Shown: positions 8,997-17,626 of the stretch, one piece after another
Layout of the letters: every line of letters begins with the position of its first letter
Numbering within the stretch: the first letter of the stretch is position 1
Assembly: GCA_023136205.1 (NCBI GenBank)
Contig: JAGLRQ010000048.1
Location: 1-24,020, forward strand
Origin: Candidatus Auribacterota bacterium
GTDB taxonomy: Bacteria > Auribacterota > UBA6266
Length of the DNA: 24,020 nt
Direction of reading: 5' to 3'
Made by a program: the position numbers and the translations under genes
Notes under the pieces: generated by a model
The model's database searches: none
Told to the model about the DNA's origin: nothing
What the model saw: only the letters and a program-made list of their open reading frames with translations

Positions 8997-9611
8997 TTAT
9001 TTTTCTTTTATAAATAATGCCTGGAATTTTTCAATTTCTTTTCTTACATCACTTTTAGTTATTACTGCCGAAATCGCGCATATCGCGTCAGCACCGGCTT
9101 CAATAACACTTCCCGCGTTATCAAGATCAATGCCTCCTATTGCCGCGACAGGAATTTTGCACACTTTTTTTATTTCTCTTATTAGAGAGGTTCCGCAAGG
9201 CTGTTCTATATCTCTTTTTGTCGTTGTGGCAAATATGGGGCCTACACCCAGGTAGTCAGCTCCCTGTTTTTCCGCTTCCAATGCTTCGCCCATACTGTGT
9301 ACACTCATACCGATTATTTTGCTTTTTCCCAAAAGATCTCTTGCTGCTTCATATGGCATATCTTTGCGGCCTATATGAACGCCATCCGCGTCTACCGCAA
9401 GAGCAATATCTACCCGGTCATTTATAATAAATCGAGCGCTTGAACATATTTTTTTAAGTTCCAATGCTTCTTCATAAATAATCCTGGTACAGCCTGCTTT
9501 ATTTCTATACTGCACCACAGTTACTCCGGCATCTATAGCATTTTCTACATCACTTATACTGCTTTCCCGGCTCAATACGGAATCTGTTATAAAATAATAT
9601 CCATTTATCAT
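8997..9611 (-). CDS. thiE: thiamine-phosphate synthase
   Basis: YFITD start, VQYRNK, INDRVDIALAVDADGVHIG, GVGPIFATTTK and AIGGI motifs characteristic of ThiE; 204 aa. Confidence 0.85.
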   Translation of the reverse strand: MINGYYFITDSVLSRESSISDVENAIDAGVTVVQYRNKAGCTRIIYEEALELKKICSSARFIINDRVDIALAVDADGVHIGRKDMPYEAARDLLGKSKIIGMSVHSMGEALEAEKQGADYLGVGPIFATTTKRDIEQPCGTSLIREIKKVCKIPVAAIGGIDLDNAGSVIEAGADAICAISAVITKSDVRKEIEKFQALFIKEK

Positions 9612-9617
9612 TGATAC

Positions 9618-10175
9618 CTAACCTTTGTATACAGCCAGCATATTTTCCCTTAGTTCTTCGGCTTTCTCTCTTCCAACAAGAATTTCAACAAGTTTAAGCG
9701 CGAACGCCAACGCGGTTCCGGGCCCCCGGCTGGTCAGAATATTGCCGTCAACAACTACAGGTTCATCGACAACCGTAATTTTATCTCCAAATTCCTGTTC
9801 GGTACCCGGATAACCTGTTGCTTTTTTACCATCCAATACACCCGAAGGCGCAAGAACAAACGCCGGAGAAGCACAGATCGCGGCAACTATTCTGCCTTTT
9901 TCATTAAGATTTTTTATTGATTTTAAAACAATCTTTGAATTGGCAAGATTCTTGGCGCCAGGCATCCCCCCGGGAAGTATAATCGCGTCGGCATCTGTTA
10001 TTTCTGTTAATTCCATATCAGCTTCAATTTTAAGGTTCCTCGTGCTTGAAACAAGTTTTTTTGAAAGGCCCGCGATAATAACATCAACTCTCGCTCTTCT
10101 TAACACATCCACCGGAGTTACAGCCTCTATTTCCTCAAAACCATCTGCTAAAATGACAATTGCTTTTTTATTCAT
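9618..10175 (-). CDS. DJ-1/PfpI family protein (YajL/ThiJ-like)
   Basis: 185 aa. The nucleophile-elbow context AAICASP and the ILPGG motif are typical of the DJ-1/PfpI class I glutamine amidotransferase-like fold. Confidence 0.85.
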   Translation of the reverse strand: MNKKAIVILADGFEEIEAVTPVDVLRRARVDVIIAGLSKKLVSSTRNLKIEADMELTEITDADAIILPGGMPGAKNLANSKIVLKSIKNLNEKGRIVAAICASPAFVLAPSGVLDGKKATGYPGTEQEFGDKITVVDEPVVVDGNILTSRGPGTALAFALKLVEILVGREKAEELRENMLAVYKG

Positions 10176-10178
10176 ATA

Positions 10179-13112
10179 TTACCTCCCATTAATATAAATA
10201 ATCTTTGTTCTGATATTCTCGGCCACGCGAATTTCTTTTGACACCGTCCGCAGATGTTTCCTAAATGCTTTCGCGTAAATATCAAGCTGTTCCTGGTAAC
10301 GAACTCCCTTAAATTCAGGCGAATATTTAAAATCAACTATCGTTATATTGTTTCCTTTTCTATACACGCAGTCAATCTTTCCTCTTATTTCCCTGTTACC
10401 TTCCCTCATAACAAATGGAAGTTCTCTGTAAACTTCGTCAGCTTCCATTATTTCTTTATATTCTTTGCTCCGCACAAACTTTTTTATCACCGGCACAAAT
10501 TGAGTTGCCTTTTCTTCCGTTAACTTGTGTCTGAGAAGTCTTAAAATATCATCCTCCTCACAAAAATGCTCAAGGACATAATGCACTGCACTGCCCAATT
10601 TGGCTTTACTCCCTCTGTAATCATCTTCTTCCATTTCTTCTACTTTTTCAACATCCTGCTCCATGGCATCTTTACTCAAAGTATAACCTTTCTCATCAAG
10701 CAAGCGTGACACACTGATTCTCTCTATAGGCGGTGTTTCTTTTTCAATATCCTTAAACACAAAAGAACTGTATTTCGAAGCATCAAGGGCCTGTGGCCTG
10801 GCCACAGCCTTTTCTTCTCGGGCCTGCGTTGAATCTACGGCATGAACATAGTCCTCAACATATATTTCTTCTGCCGGCTTTATGTCTTTTACGCTGTTAA
10901 ACCAGTTTTTTGCCTTGCTTGTTTCTCTCAAGCCGGGTTTCTTATTTAAACACGAGATAATCAAAAGATCCCTTGGCCTGGTAACCGCGACATAAAGGAG
11001 CCTTTGCTCTTCTTCCAGCCTGAGCAGTTTTAACTTTTCTTTCTCCTTTTCAAAATTGGAAGTTACCCAGTATTTATTAAGCTTTACAGCGAATTTTCCG
11101 CCCGACGTGATTATCACTCTGTCCGGAACGCGAAGATAAGACATTGTTTCCGGTATTAGCACAATTGGAAACTGCAGGCCCTTTGATTTATGAACAGTCA
11201 TTATCTTTACCGAATTATCTCCCTCCCCGGAAATCGTAGCCAGACCCTCATCCTGCTTGAAGTTTATATCATTAGTAAACCTGTTTGTTATTTCACTCAG
11301 AGATTCATATCCTTTTGCTTCTATTTTCCTCAGTTTTTCTATCAGCTTCTTTACATTAGCAATCCTTAAACCTCCATCTTCAAGGAGAGCAAGGGTAACT
11401 AAATAGAATGTCCTTTCCAGAAACTCAATCAACATTTCAGAAGGGAAAAGACTACCCTTTCTCTCTCTAATATCAATTAAAATCCTGTTAAGCTCACTAA
11501 TCTCAGGAACCATATTCCTTTCTTTTCCTTCTACCGGTTCAAGTATTTTGCATTTAAGCTTTTTATCTATCAGCTGGTTATCATCGGCGCAAGAAGCAAA
11601 AGATCGGAGCAAAGAAGCATAAGCAAGTTCATCTTTACCGTTAACCATAACGTTAAGGAAGTTAATCGCGTCTCTTACTTCAAAGCGGTACAGAAAACCA
11701 CGGTTTCCTAAAGAAAAATAGGGAACATTATGTTTTCTTAAAGCCGCTTCATAATCACTAAGATTGGCCATCTTTCTCAAAAGAATCGCGATATCAGAAT
11801 AAGAAGGTTTTTCAGTCTGGCCATCTTTAAATATTCTTACCTCCCTGCCCGCGAATGTTCCGTTGTTTACCATCTCTGATATCGCCTTCGCCAGGAAATC
11901 AGCTTCCCGCGTCCGCCGTTCCGCGGCACTCCTGAACGGATCCCTGTTGAATAACTTATAAACTTTACCCGACGCATGACAATCCTTCCTTCTGGCAATA
12001 ATCTTATCTTTCTTTTCATCGAAATCTGTTATGATTTTTAAGGTAAGATTATTTATGAACGCAATAATTGCTTTTTGACTGCGCCTGTTTTCCCTGAGAG
12101 GCCTGCTGTTTCCTATCTGCTTTTGAATGTTTTTAAATACTTCCGGGTTGGCATTTCTCCACCCGTAGATTGATTGTTTAAAATCTCCAACCACTATCAG
12201 CTTGTTTGAAATCTCAACATCTGAAAGATTTGAGGCAAGGGTTTCTTCATTTTCAGCAAGCCAGAGTACCATCTCAATCTGAACATTATCGGTATCCTGA
12301 GCTTCATCAAGAATAATCAGCTTGAACCTTCTCTTGAGCTCCTGCCGAACATCCTTGCAATCGCGAAGAAGGTCCCGGGCTTTTAATATTATCTCATCAT
12401 ATGTAATCTTGTTTTCCTTAAGGGCGGCATAATGTTCCATAACCTCATCAGCAATTTGAGCCAGACACAGGGATATTCCCTTGATTTCTTCTTTTTCATT
12501 TTTTACGGCACGATCAACAAATCTCTCCATTGAATCTTTTATATCCGCCGCCTGGAATTTATCAACAATCTCAAACAAGATATCTTCCACTCCAGGGCTA
12601 TACCCGCGGCCTTCAAGCGGCATCACAGCAAGAACCTTATTTAAAATTTTATCTTTACCTGAATCTATTCTGGAAACAATAACTTCCCGGACAGCTTTTC
12701 TCATAAGCATGTTTTTGTCTTCATCTACAATTTCCGGCTCAGGGTCAATATCCGCGTAAGCCGCGAATTCACGCAGGATTCGCATCGCAAAGGAGTGAAT
12801 AGTCGATATCTGAATTTCATCAACTACCTGAAGATACTCAAACCTTTGCCTCGGCTCCAGTTCGCGGATTTTTTCAACCAGGACCTCGCGGGCGCGCTCT
12901 TTAAAATCTCCTGCCGCTTTCTTTGTAAACGTAATACAGCAGATTGAAGAAGCAAATTCCTCACGCTGTTCTTGAGTTTTACCTGTTTCAATAAAGCGTG
13001 TAACCTTATCCATCGACAGGGTTGTTTTACCTGTGCCGGCAGAAGCGGAGACAGTCGCCCTAATGTTATTTTCAAGAATTTCTTCTATCTGTTTTTCCCA
13101 TTTATAAGACAT
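10179..13112 (-). CDS. addA: ATP-dependent helicase/nuclease subunit A (AddA/RexA-type: UvrD-like SF1 helicase with a C-terminal PD-(D/E)XK nuclease)
   Basis: SF1 motifs seen: SAGTGKTT (I), IILDEAQDT (II), VGDFKQSIYGWRNA (III), ENRRSQ (IV), TVHKSKGLQFP (V), LLYVAVTRPR (VI). The C-terminal nuclease has HYVLEH, GKIDCVY...IVDFKYS and QLDIYAKA. Sits immediately downstream of addB. Confidence 0.8.
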   Translation of the reverse strand: MSYKWEKQIEEILENNIRATVSASAGTGKTTLSMDKVTRFIETGKTQEQREEFASSICCITFTKKAAGDFKERAREVLVEKIRELEPRQRFEYLQVVDEIQISTIHSFAMRILREFAAYADIDPEPEIVDEDKNMLMRKAVREVIVSRIDSGKDKILNKVLAVMPLEGRGYSPGVEDILFEIVDKFQAADIKDSMERFVDRAVKNEKEEIKGISLCLAQIADEVMEHYAALKENKITYDEIILKARDLLRDCKDVRQELKRRFKLIILDEAQDTDNVQIEMVLWLAENEETLASNLSDVEISNKLIVVGDFKQSIYGWRNANPEVFKNIQKQIGNSRPLRENRRSQKAIIAFINNLTLKIITDFDEKKDKIIARRKDCHASGKVYKLFNRDPFRSAAERRTREADFLAKAISEMVNNGTFAGREVRIFKDGQTEKPSYSDIAILLRKMANLSDYEAALRKHNVPYFSLGNRGFLYRFEVRDAINFLNVMVNGKDELAYASLLRSFASCADDNQLIDKKLKCKILEPVEGKERNMVPEISELNRILIDIRERKGSLFPSEMLIEFLERTFYLVTLALLEDGGLRIANVKKLIEKLRKIEAKGYESLSEITNRFTNDINFKQDEGLATISGEGDNSVKIMTVHKSKGLQFPIVLIPETMSYLRVPDRVIITSGGKFAVKLNKYWVTSNFEKEKEKLKLLRLEEEQRLLYVAVTRPRDLLIISCLNKKPGLRETSKAKNWFNSVKDIKPAEEIYVEDYVHAVDSTQAREEKAVARPQALDASKYSSFVFKDIEKETPPIERISVSRLLDEKGYTLSKDAMEQDVEKVEEMEEDDYRGSKAKLGSAVHYVLEHFCEEDDILRLLRHKLTEEKATQFVPVIKKFVRSKEYKEIMEADEVYRELPFVMREGNREIRGKIDCVYRKGNNITIVDFKYSPEFKGVRYQEQLDIYAKAFRKHLRTVSKEIRVAENIRTKIIYINGR

Positions 13113-13117
13113 TTTCT

Positions 13118-16100
13118 CTACCCGTTCCAGTCTTCACCAATCCTGCAGAGGTAAGCAAAATCACAATACCCGCACTCTCTTCTATCGGAATCTATATCGA
13201 TCGGTTCGGCAGGAAATTCCATCTTCTCAACCGCGTGTTTAAATCTCATTATCTTGTCTTTAAGAATTTCTTTCCAATCGCTTGATGCTGCTATTTCTGT
13301 AAAATACTCAGCTTTTTCGTTATAAGGGTCAGCTTTCAACGCGAAATAACAGGCTTTTATTTTGCTCTCCTTAATGTCTTCAAGTTTTAAATTCTCCGCG
13401 ACTTCCCTGTTTAATAAAATCAGTTTATACAAAGCCGCTTGAGCAAGATATCCTTGCTGGTAATCTTTATCCTTCCTCGGCTTACTGCTTGTTTTATAGT
13501 CAATTACATAAATTGTTCCATCGGAAGCACAGTCTATCCTGTCTATAACTCCCCTGAGGGCTATTTTTTCTCCGTCAATATCCACAATGCAATTATCAAC
13601 CTTATATTCGACATCAACCAGTTTGGTTTTCCCCGGCCCTATAGAGCTTTTTTCTTCAAGCAGCAAAAAATTCTTAACCGTCTGGAGGATTCCTTCTTTC
13701 CTTACAACCCAGAGTTCTTTCCTGCCGGTAAAATGTTCTTTTTCATAATCTGAAAAAAATTCTCCGGCTATTTTCTCAATTCTTTTTTCAGGATTGATAT
13801 CACCGGTTTCTCTTTCCCCGCAAAACCTTTCAAGAATGGCATGGGTTACTATCCCTTCGTTCATAATATTCATTTCAAACTCGGGCCTCGGAAAAACCTT
13901 CAGCTTCTGAAGATACTGCATAAAAAATCTGTACGGGCATCTTAAAAACTGCTCTATCATGCTTGGGCTGAAAATAAAGCGCCCATCTTTAAAAAACAGA
14001 TTATTGAGATTCTTTTTAAGATCTTGTGACGAATATATCCCTCTAAAATACCTGTTGCCGGCCGTGCTCTCTAGATTCGGGTTCCTTAAAAACACAGGTT
14101 TATATCTTGTAATTTCACTTTTTATTGAAACCGGCTCCACTTCAATGTTTTTATCTTTAAGTGTATTCGCCAGGGAAATTTCAAATTCAGTTTTCGATGC
14201 TGTTTTCTCAACAGGAAGTATAATCCTGGAAGGCGGAATTGATTTCTTCTTCAACCCTGAAATCAGCTTACCGTCTTTAACGTTGGAAAAGAGAAATTCA
14301 AGTTCTTCAAGGAAAATTGACCTTCTTTTATCCTCCCGCGTTTCACTGGTAAACGGAACCGTAAAAATACAGCTCTTCGAAATGCTCAGCATGCTGCGAT
14401 AGAAAACATTCCTATCGAGAAGCCCTTCATCCGTAGATTTCTGAATGGGCAAATAACCCTTTTTCTCAAGAACCTTATTTATTCCATTAATATCCTTGTC
14501 TTTCAACACCTGCGCTTCCATTTTTTTTCTGGGAAACTCATCATCTACCATCCCGCAAAAAATCCCGACTTTAAATCCAAGGCCGTCAGTGTCAAACGGG
14601 GTAAGGACATTAACCGCGCTAATGTTCTTTTCCCCGCTCACGGTTTCCCTCTCGGCAAGGCTTTCCAGCATTTCTTTAAACCGGGAAGTAGAAATTTTCT
14701 CCCTGCCCGGCATTTTCCTATTGCTCATCAACATCTCATCAACAAGCGAAAGAACTTTCTCTTTCTGCTCTCGATTCCTTTCACAGACATAATATTTTTC
14801 AATAAATTCTTTAAGCCATCCGGTAAATTCAAAAACTGTTTTTCGGGTTTCCTTCAAAGGTATTTCATCAATAAACGGAATAAGGAAATTTCTGACCTTT
14901 TCAATATCTTCTTTTAGAATTAATCTTTTTTTGAACAATTCGAATTGTCCCGCGTATTCTTTCAGCCATTTGAGACGCTTATCTATGGATTCATTATCAA
15001 AAGAGAAGTATCCTGACAGGCAGAGGATCTGTTCCGCTTTATCCTTTTCAACACCAAAATCTAAGAAATAAGGCGCCGATATGATGCGGGATATATCTTC
15101 TCGTCTAAAATTATCTTTTCCCGCTGAAAGAACAAGCATTATATCTTTATAAAAGTTTGTGCGCTGAAGCTGTTTTCCCCGCCTGAAAAAGAATGGTATC
15201 TTAGCTCTTTTGAAGTGTTCCCTTATATAATCGTCATACTTCGCGATATCTTTTACAATAAGGACAATATCAACCGGTTTTAAATCCTGTGATTCGGTAA
15301 GAAGCTTCTTTATGCAGAAAGCTATTTCCCTGATTTCAAAGTCCCTGTTGGCAGCTTCAACAATCAGGAGTGAATTGTCCTTTGGCTCGAAGGTTTTTTC
15401 CGGAGGTTTAAAAAAATGTTCCTGCGCGAAAAACAGGTCACAGGGATACCTGGCAGAACTTTCAACTTTAAAATCGACTTTCAGATTTTTACTTTTTATA
15501 TTTTTAAGATACTCAGCCGCGGTTTTCGCGACTTCAAACGCGGGATTAGACTCATCAAAAGGAAACATTACAACAACCTTTATCCCTTTCGCGCACAACA
15601 CTTCTAAAAGCTTTAATTGAACATCCGTTATCTGGTAGCGGCTTCTCACTATAACTTTTTTCACAACGCGGAGAAAAAGCGGAAGTGTATTCGATTTTTT
15701 AAGGGCATCGACAACCAGCCAGCCCATATCATCGTAGTCTTTCCGGCTTTTAGTGTACTGAAAGTAAATCGCGTACAAATCCAGGAGCCTTCTTCTATCC
15801 ATCTCAGGGTGTTCGCATTCTTCTATATATACTTTAAGGTCTTCCGCGTTCACCCCCGCTTTTTTAAGAGTCTTTACGGCTTTTTTAATATCCTTTACAA
15901 AACCCGGCCTGCCGTAAACCCCGGCAAAATACCCTTTCCTGTTTTTTTCAAAATATTTTTCACATATCTTTTTAAGAAAAACTTCTTTTTCAAAATCCGT
16001 TAAAAAACTTATGTCAAGGAGCTCAGCGGCAAGTGTCAAAATAACTTTCCCAAACGTGTAAAAACTGGTATTAAAATACACTTCCCGCCCGGAATTGCTT

Positions 16101-16159
16101 ATCCGGTGCGAGATAGCAAGCGGGGATGGATAAATTTCTATTGTTTCACATGAAAGCAT
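13118..16159 (-). CDS. addB: helicase/nuclease subunit B (AddB/RexB-type) with an iron-staple PD-(D/E)XK nuclease; no N-terminal P-loop
   Basis: C-terminal THAILERF, GVIDRIDC...YVIDYKTS and QAALYKL nuclease motifs, flanked by Cys in FLRCPY and CGYCDFAYLC (C-x2-C-x5-C). This is the AddB Fe-S arrangement. 1013 aa, with the addB-addA order conserved. Confidence 0.75.
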   Translation of the reverse strand: MLSCETIEIYPSPLAISHRISNSGREVYFNTSFYTFGKVILTLAAELLDISFLTDFEKEVFLKKICEKYFEKNRKGYFAGVYGRPGFVKDIKKAVKTLKKAGVNAEDLKVYIEECEHPEMDRRRLLDLYAIYFQYTKSRKDYDDMGWLVVDALKKSNTLPLFLRVVKKVIVRSRYQITDVQLKLLEVLCAKGIKVVVMFPFDESNPAFEVAKTAAEYLKNIKSKNLKVDFKVESSARYPCDLFFAQEHFFKPPEKTFEPKDNSLLIVEAANRDFEIREIAFCIKKLLTESQDLKPVDIVLIVKDIAKYDDYIREHFKRAKIPFFFRRGKQLQRTNFYKDIMLVLSAGKDNFRREDISRIISAPYFLDFGVEKDKAEQILCLSGYFSFDNESIDKRLKWLKEYAGQFELFKKRLILKEDIEKVRNFLIPFIDEIPLKETRKTVFEFTGWLKEFIEKYYVCERNREQKEKVLSLVDEMLMSNRKMPGREKISTSRFKEMLESLAERETVSGEKNISAVNVLTPFDTDGLGFKVGIFCGMVDDEFPRKKMEAQVLKDKDINGINKVLEKKGYLPIQKSTDEGLLDRNVFYRSMLSISKSCIFTVPFTSETREDKRRSIFLEELEFLFSNVKDGKLISGLKKKSIPPSRIILPVEKTASKTEFEISLANTLKDKNIEVEPVSIKSEITRYKPVFLRNPNLESTAGNRYFRGIYSSQDLKKNLNNLFFKDGRFIFSPSMIEQFLRCPYRFFMQYLQKLKVFPRPEFEMNIMNEGIVTHAILERFCGERETGDINPEKRIEKIAGEFFSDYEKEHFTGRKELWVVRKEGILQTVKNFLLLEEKSSIGPGKTKLVDVEYKVDNCIVDIDGEKIALRGVIDRIDCASDGTIYVIDYKTSSKPRKDKDYQQGYLAQAALYKLILLNREVAENLKLEDIKESKIKACYFALKADPYNEKAEYFTEIAASSDWKEILKDKIMRFKHAVEKMEFPAEPIDIDSDRRECGYCDFAYLCRIGEDWNG

Positions 16160-16198
16160 AAGAAATTTCAGTTATCAGATTAGTCTGGTTATTTAAAG

Positions 16199-16300
16199 TA
16201 AAAGGGGACGCTTCTATTTATTGTTCTTCTTCGGGCGGCCTCTATCGGCTTTAATGTTATTTATCTTAAATTTTTCTTCCATATTTTTTATAAAATCATA
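16199..16300. repeat. 102-bp direct repeat, copy A (3' end of the RAYT gene plus the REP-like core)
   Basis: Hand alignment with 18820-18921 gives 7 mismatches in 102 positions and a constant offset of 2621 bp. Confidence 0.85.
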
Positions 16301-16940
16301 TGGCCCCAGGAATCTCGAATTAAGATTGATTTCTTCGATATTTTCGTCAGCATCTTCCCGATAATTTTTCTGCCTATTATTATCTGTTTTCCCACAATCC
16401 AAATATACTGGATTGTAATTTACTATACCGTCCCCTGTCCCATAAGCATACGCGTTGTAACTGGACCACTTATATTCCTTAGTTTCTTTTGCTAAACAAG
16501 CTTTTACCGGATTAAGCTCTATATATCTGCCGCAAGCTATCAAATATTCATCTTTACTGATAAGAAGACTCTTATATCTGCCTTGCCATAAATGGCCATC
16601 ATAATTATATTTTTTCTTATAATGATAAAGATAGGCAAGGTTTATTTGTTTCATGAACCTGGCCAGATTACTTTCAGGTGTGATCCCAACTAATAAATGT
16701 ACATGATTCGGCATTATACAGTAATGATAAATCAGGATGTTATTTTCTTGTTTATATTTCTTAAGAAAATCAAGGTATGTCTTGTAATCAACATTATCTT
16801 CAAATACATGTTGACGATTATTGCCCCGCGTCAGGATATGCAATGCGCCTTCTTCTGGCAGAATTCGGAATATTCTTGGCATAGGTGAAAATTATCAAGC
16901 TTGCTTTGGTTTGTCAATAAAAATAGAAGCGTCCCCTTTT
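16200..16940 (-). mobile_element. RAYT unit: a Y1/HUH transposase gene bracketed by perfect 20-bp inverted repeats (REPtron-like or minimal IS-like)
   Basis: 16200-16219 aaaaggggacgcttctattt is the exact reverse complement of 16921-16940 aaatagaagcgtcccctttt. No flanking target-site duplication is visible. Confidence 0.65.
16214..16882 (-). CDS. rayT: REP-associated tyrosine transposase (RAYT; IS200-like Y1_Tnp / COG1943 family)
   Basis: HUH motif in MPNHVHLLV, the GHLWQGRYKS motif, and the C-terminal catalytic-Tyr helix RYIELNPVKA. These match the RAYT/TnpA_REP pattern. 222 aa. Confidence 0.85.
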   Translation of the reverse strand: MPRIFRILPEEGALHILTRGNNRQHVFEDNVDYKTYLDFLKKYKQENNILIYHYCIMPNHVHLLVGITPESNLARFMKQINLAYLYHYKKKYNYDGHLWQGRYKSLLISKDEYLIACGRYIELNPVKACLAKETKEYKWSSYNAYAYGTGDGIVNYNPVYLDCGKTDNNRQKNYREDADENIEEINLNSRFLGPYDFIKNMEEKFKINNIKADRGRPKKNNK

Positions 16941-16969
16941 CTCTCTTTTCTCTTTTTTTCTCTTTCTTA
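16921..16969. repeat. REP-like core (aagcgtcccctttt) fused to a polypyrimidine CT tract of about 30 nt, copy 1
   Basis: aaatagaagcgtccccttttctctcttttctctttttttctctttctta. The stop codon of the 162-aa gene lies at the end of the tract. Confidence 0.8.
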
Positions 16970-17455
16970 GTTCTCGCTTATTTTTTTCTGCCAATTTTCC
17001 AAAAAATTTTCTTTTCTATCTTCGCTAAGAAACTGACTATCAAACGAAGCCACAATCGCTTCACAAAAGATTTTTAAGTCATTTAAAGAACCTGCCCGAA
17101 GACTTTGGTGTATAAATGTAGAAGTTCCGGACAACACAGTAGCAGATATAACAATCCCCACCTCTACACCATCTGTAGTTCTAAGTTGCGAAACCATAAT
17201 ATGAATTCGCCAATCGGGATTTGAAGCATTCATCTGCCTCCAATTAGTTTGCCAATCATATCTTAAATCTACTATAACGTCATTCAAAGATCGTAGCTCT
17301 CTGGAGATATAGCTTCCTGCTAAATTCATAATATGTTTATTTTCATCAAATGCGTCAAATGTTACACAAACTTTAAAAAAATCTGACGAAAAACTATAAG
17401 TAGTGCATATTAAAAATAAAATTAGAGCAACTTTCCTTATTATAAATTTTTTCAT
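16967..17455 (-). CDS. hypothetical secreted protein (N-terminal signal peptide), no family recognised
   Basis: MKKFIIRKVALILFLICTTYSFS has a signal-peptide-like n-h-c layout. GGGGGA Shine-Dalgarno sequence 5 nt upstream of ATG 17455. The gene lies between two same-orientation REP-like units. Confidence 0.55.
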   Translation of the reverse strand: MKKFIIRKVALILFLICTTYSFSSDFFKVCVTFDAFDENKHIMNLAGSYISRELRSLNDVIVDLRYDWQTNWRQMNASNPDWRIHIMVSQLRTTDGVEVGIVISATVLSGTSTFIHQSLRAGSLNDLKIFCEAIVASFDSQFLSEDRKENFLENWQKKISEN

Positions 17456-17576
17456 ATATTCCCCCTACACTCATCAATATTACTCCCTCCAAAACAACAA
17501 TTCAACTTTAAAAGATATAAGCCCCAGGCGTACAACTGGACAACATATAAGGATAATATGGCTTCAATCAAAAGTC

Positions 17577-17618
17577 AAAAGCGTCCCCTTTTCTTTCTTT
17601 TCCTTTTTTCTTTTTTAC
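17577..17618. repeat. REP-like core fused to a polypyrimidine CT tract, copy 2 (solo, same orientation as copy 1)
   Basis: aaaagcgtccccttttctttcttttccttttttcttttttac. The 14-nt core is identical to 16927-16940 and is followed by an analogous CT tract. It begins 9 nt beyond the stop of the 377-aa gene. Confidence 0.75.
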
Positions 17619-17626
17619 AACTTCCC

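Noticed and set aside
9612-10178. TPP riboswitch controlling thiE
   Set aside because: thiE is separated from the DJ-1 gene by 6 nt and from addA by one more gene. There is no leader long enough to hold a riboswitch.
10179-16159. The large helicase/nuclease pair as a novel defence system (for example Gabija- or Hachiman-like)
   Set aside because: Both proteins show the full canonical AddA (SF1 motifs I-VI plus RecB nuclease) and AddB (nuclease with a C-x2-C-x5-C iron staple) signatures, in the standard addB-addA order. That makes this housekeeping double-strand-break repair.
16921-17618. CT-rich repeated units as a CRISPR array or tandem repeat
   Set aside because: There are only two copies, about 650 bp apart, separated by a real gene. 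There is no regular repeat-spacer periodicity and no cas genes.
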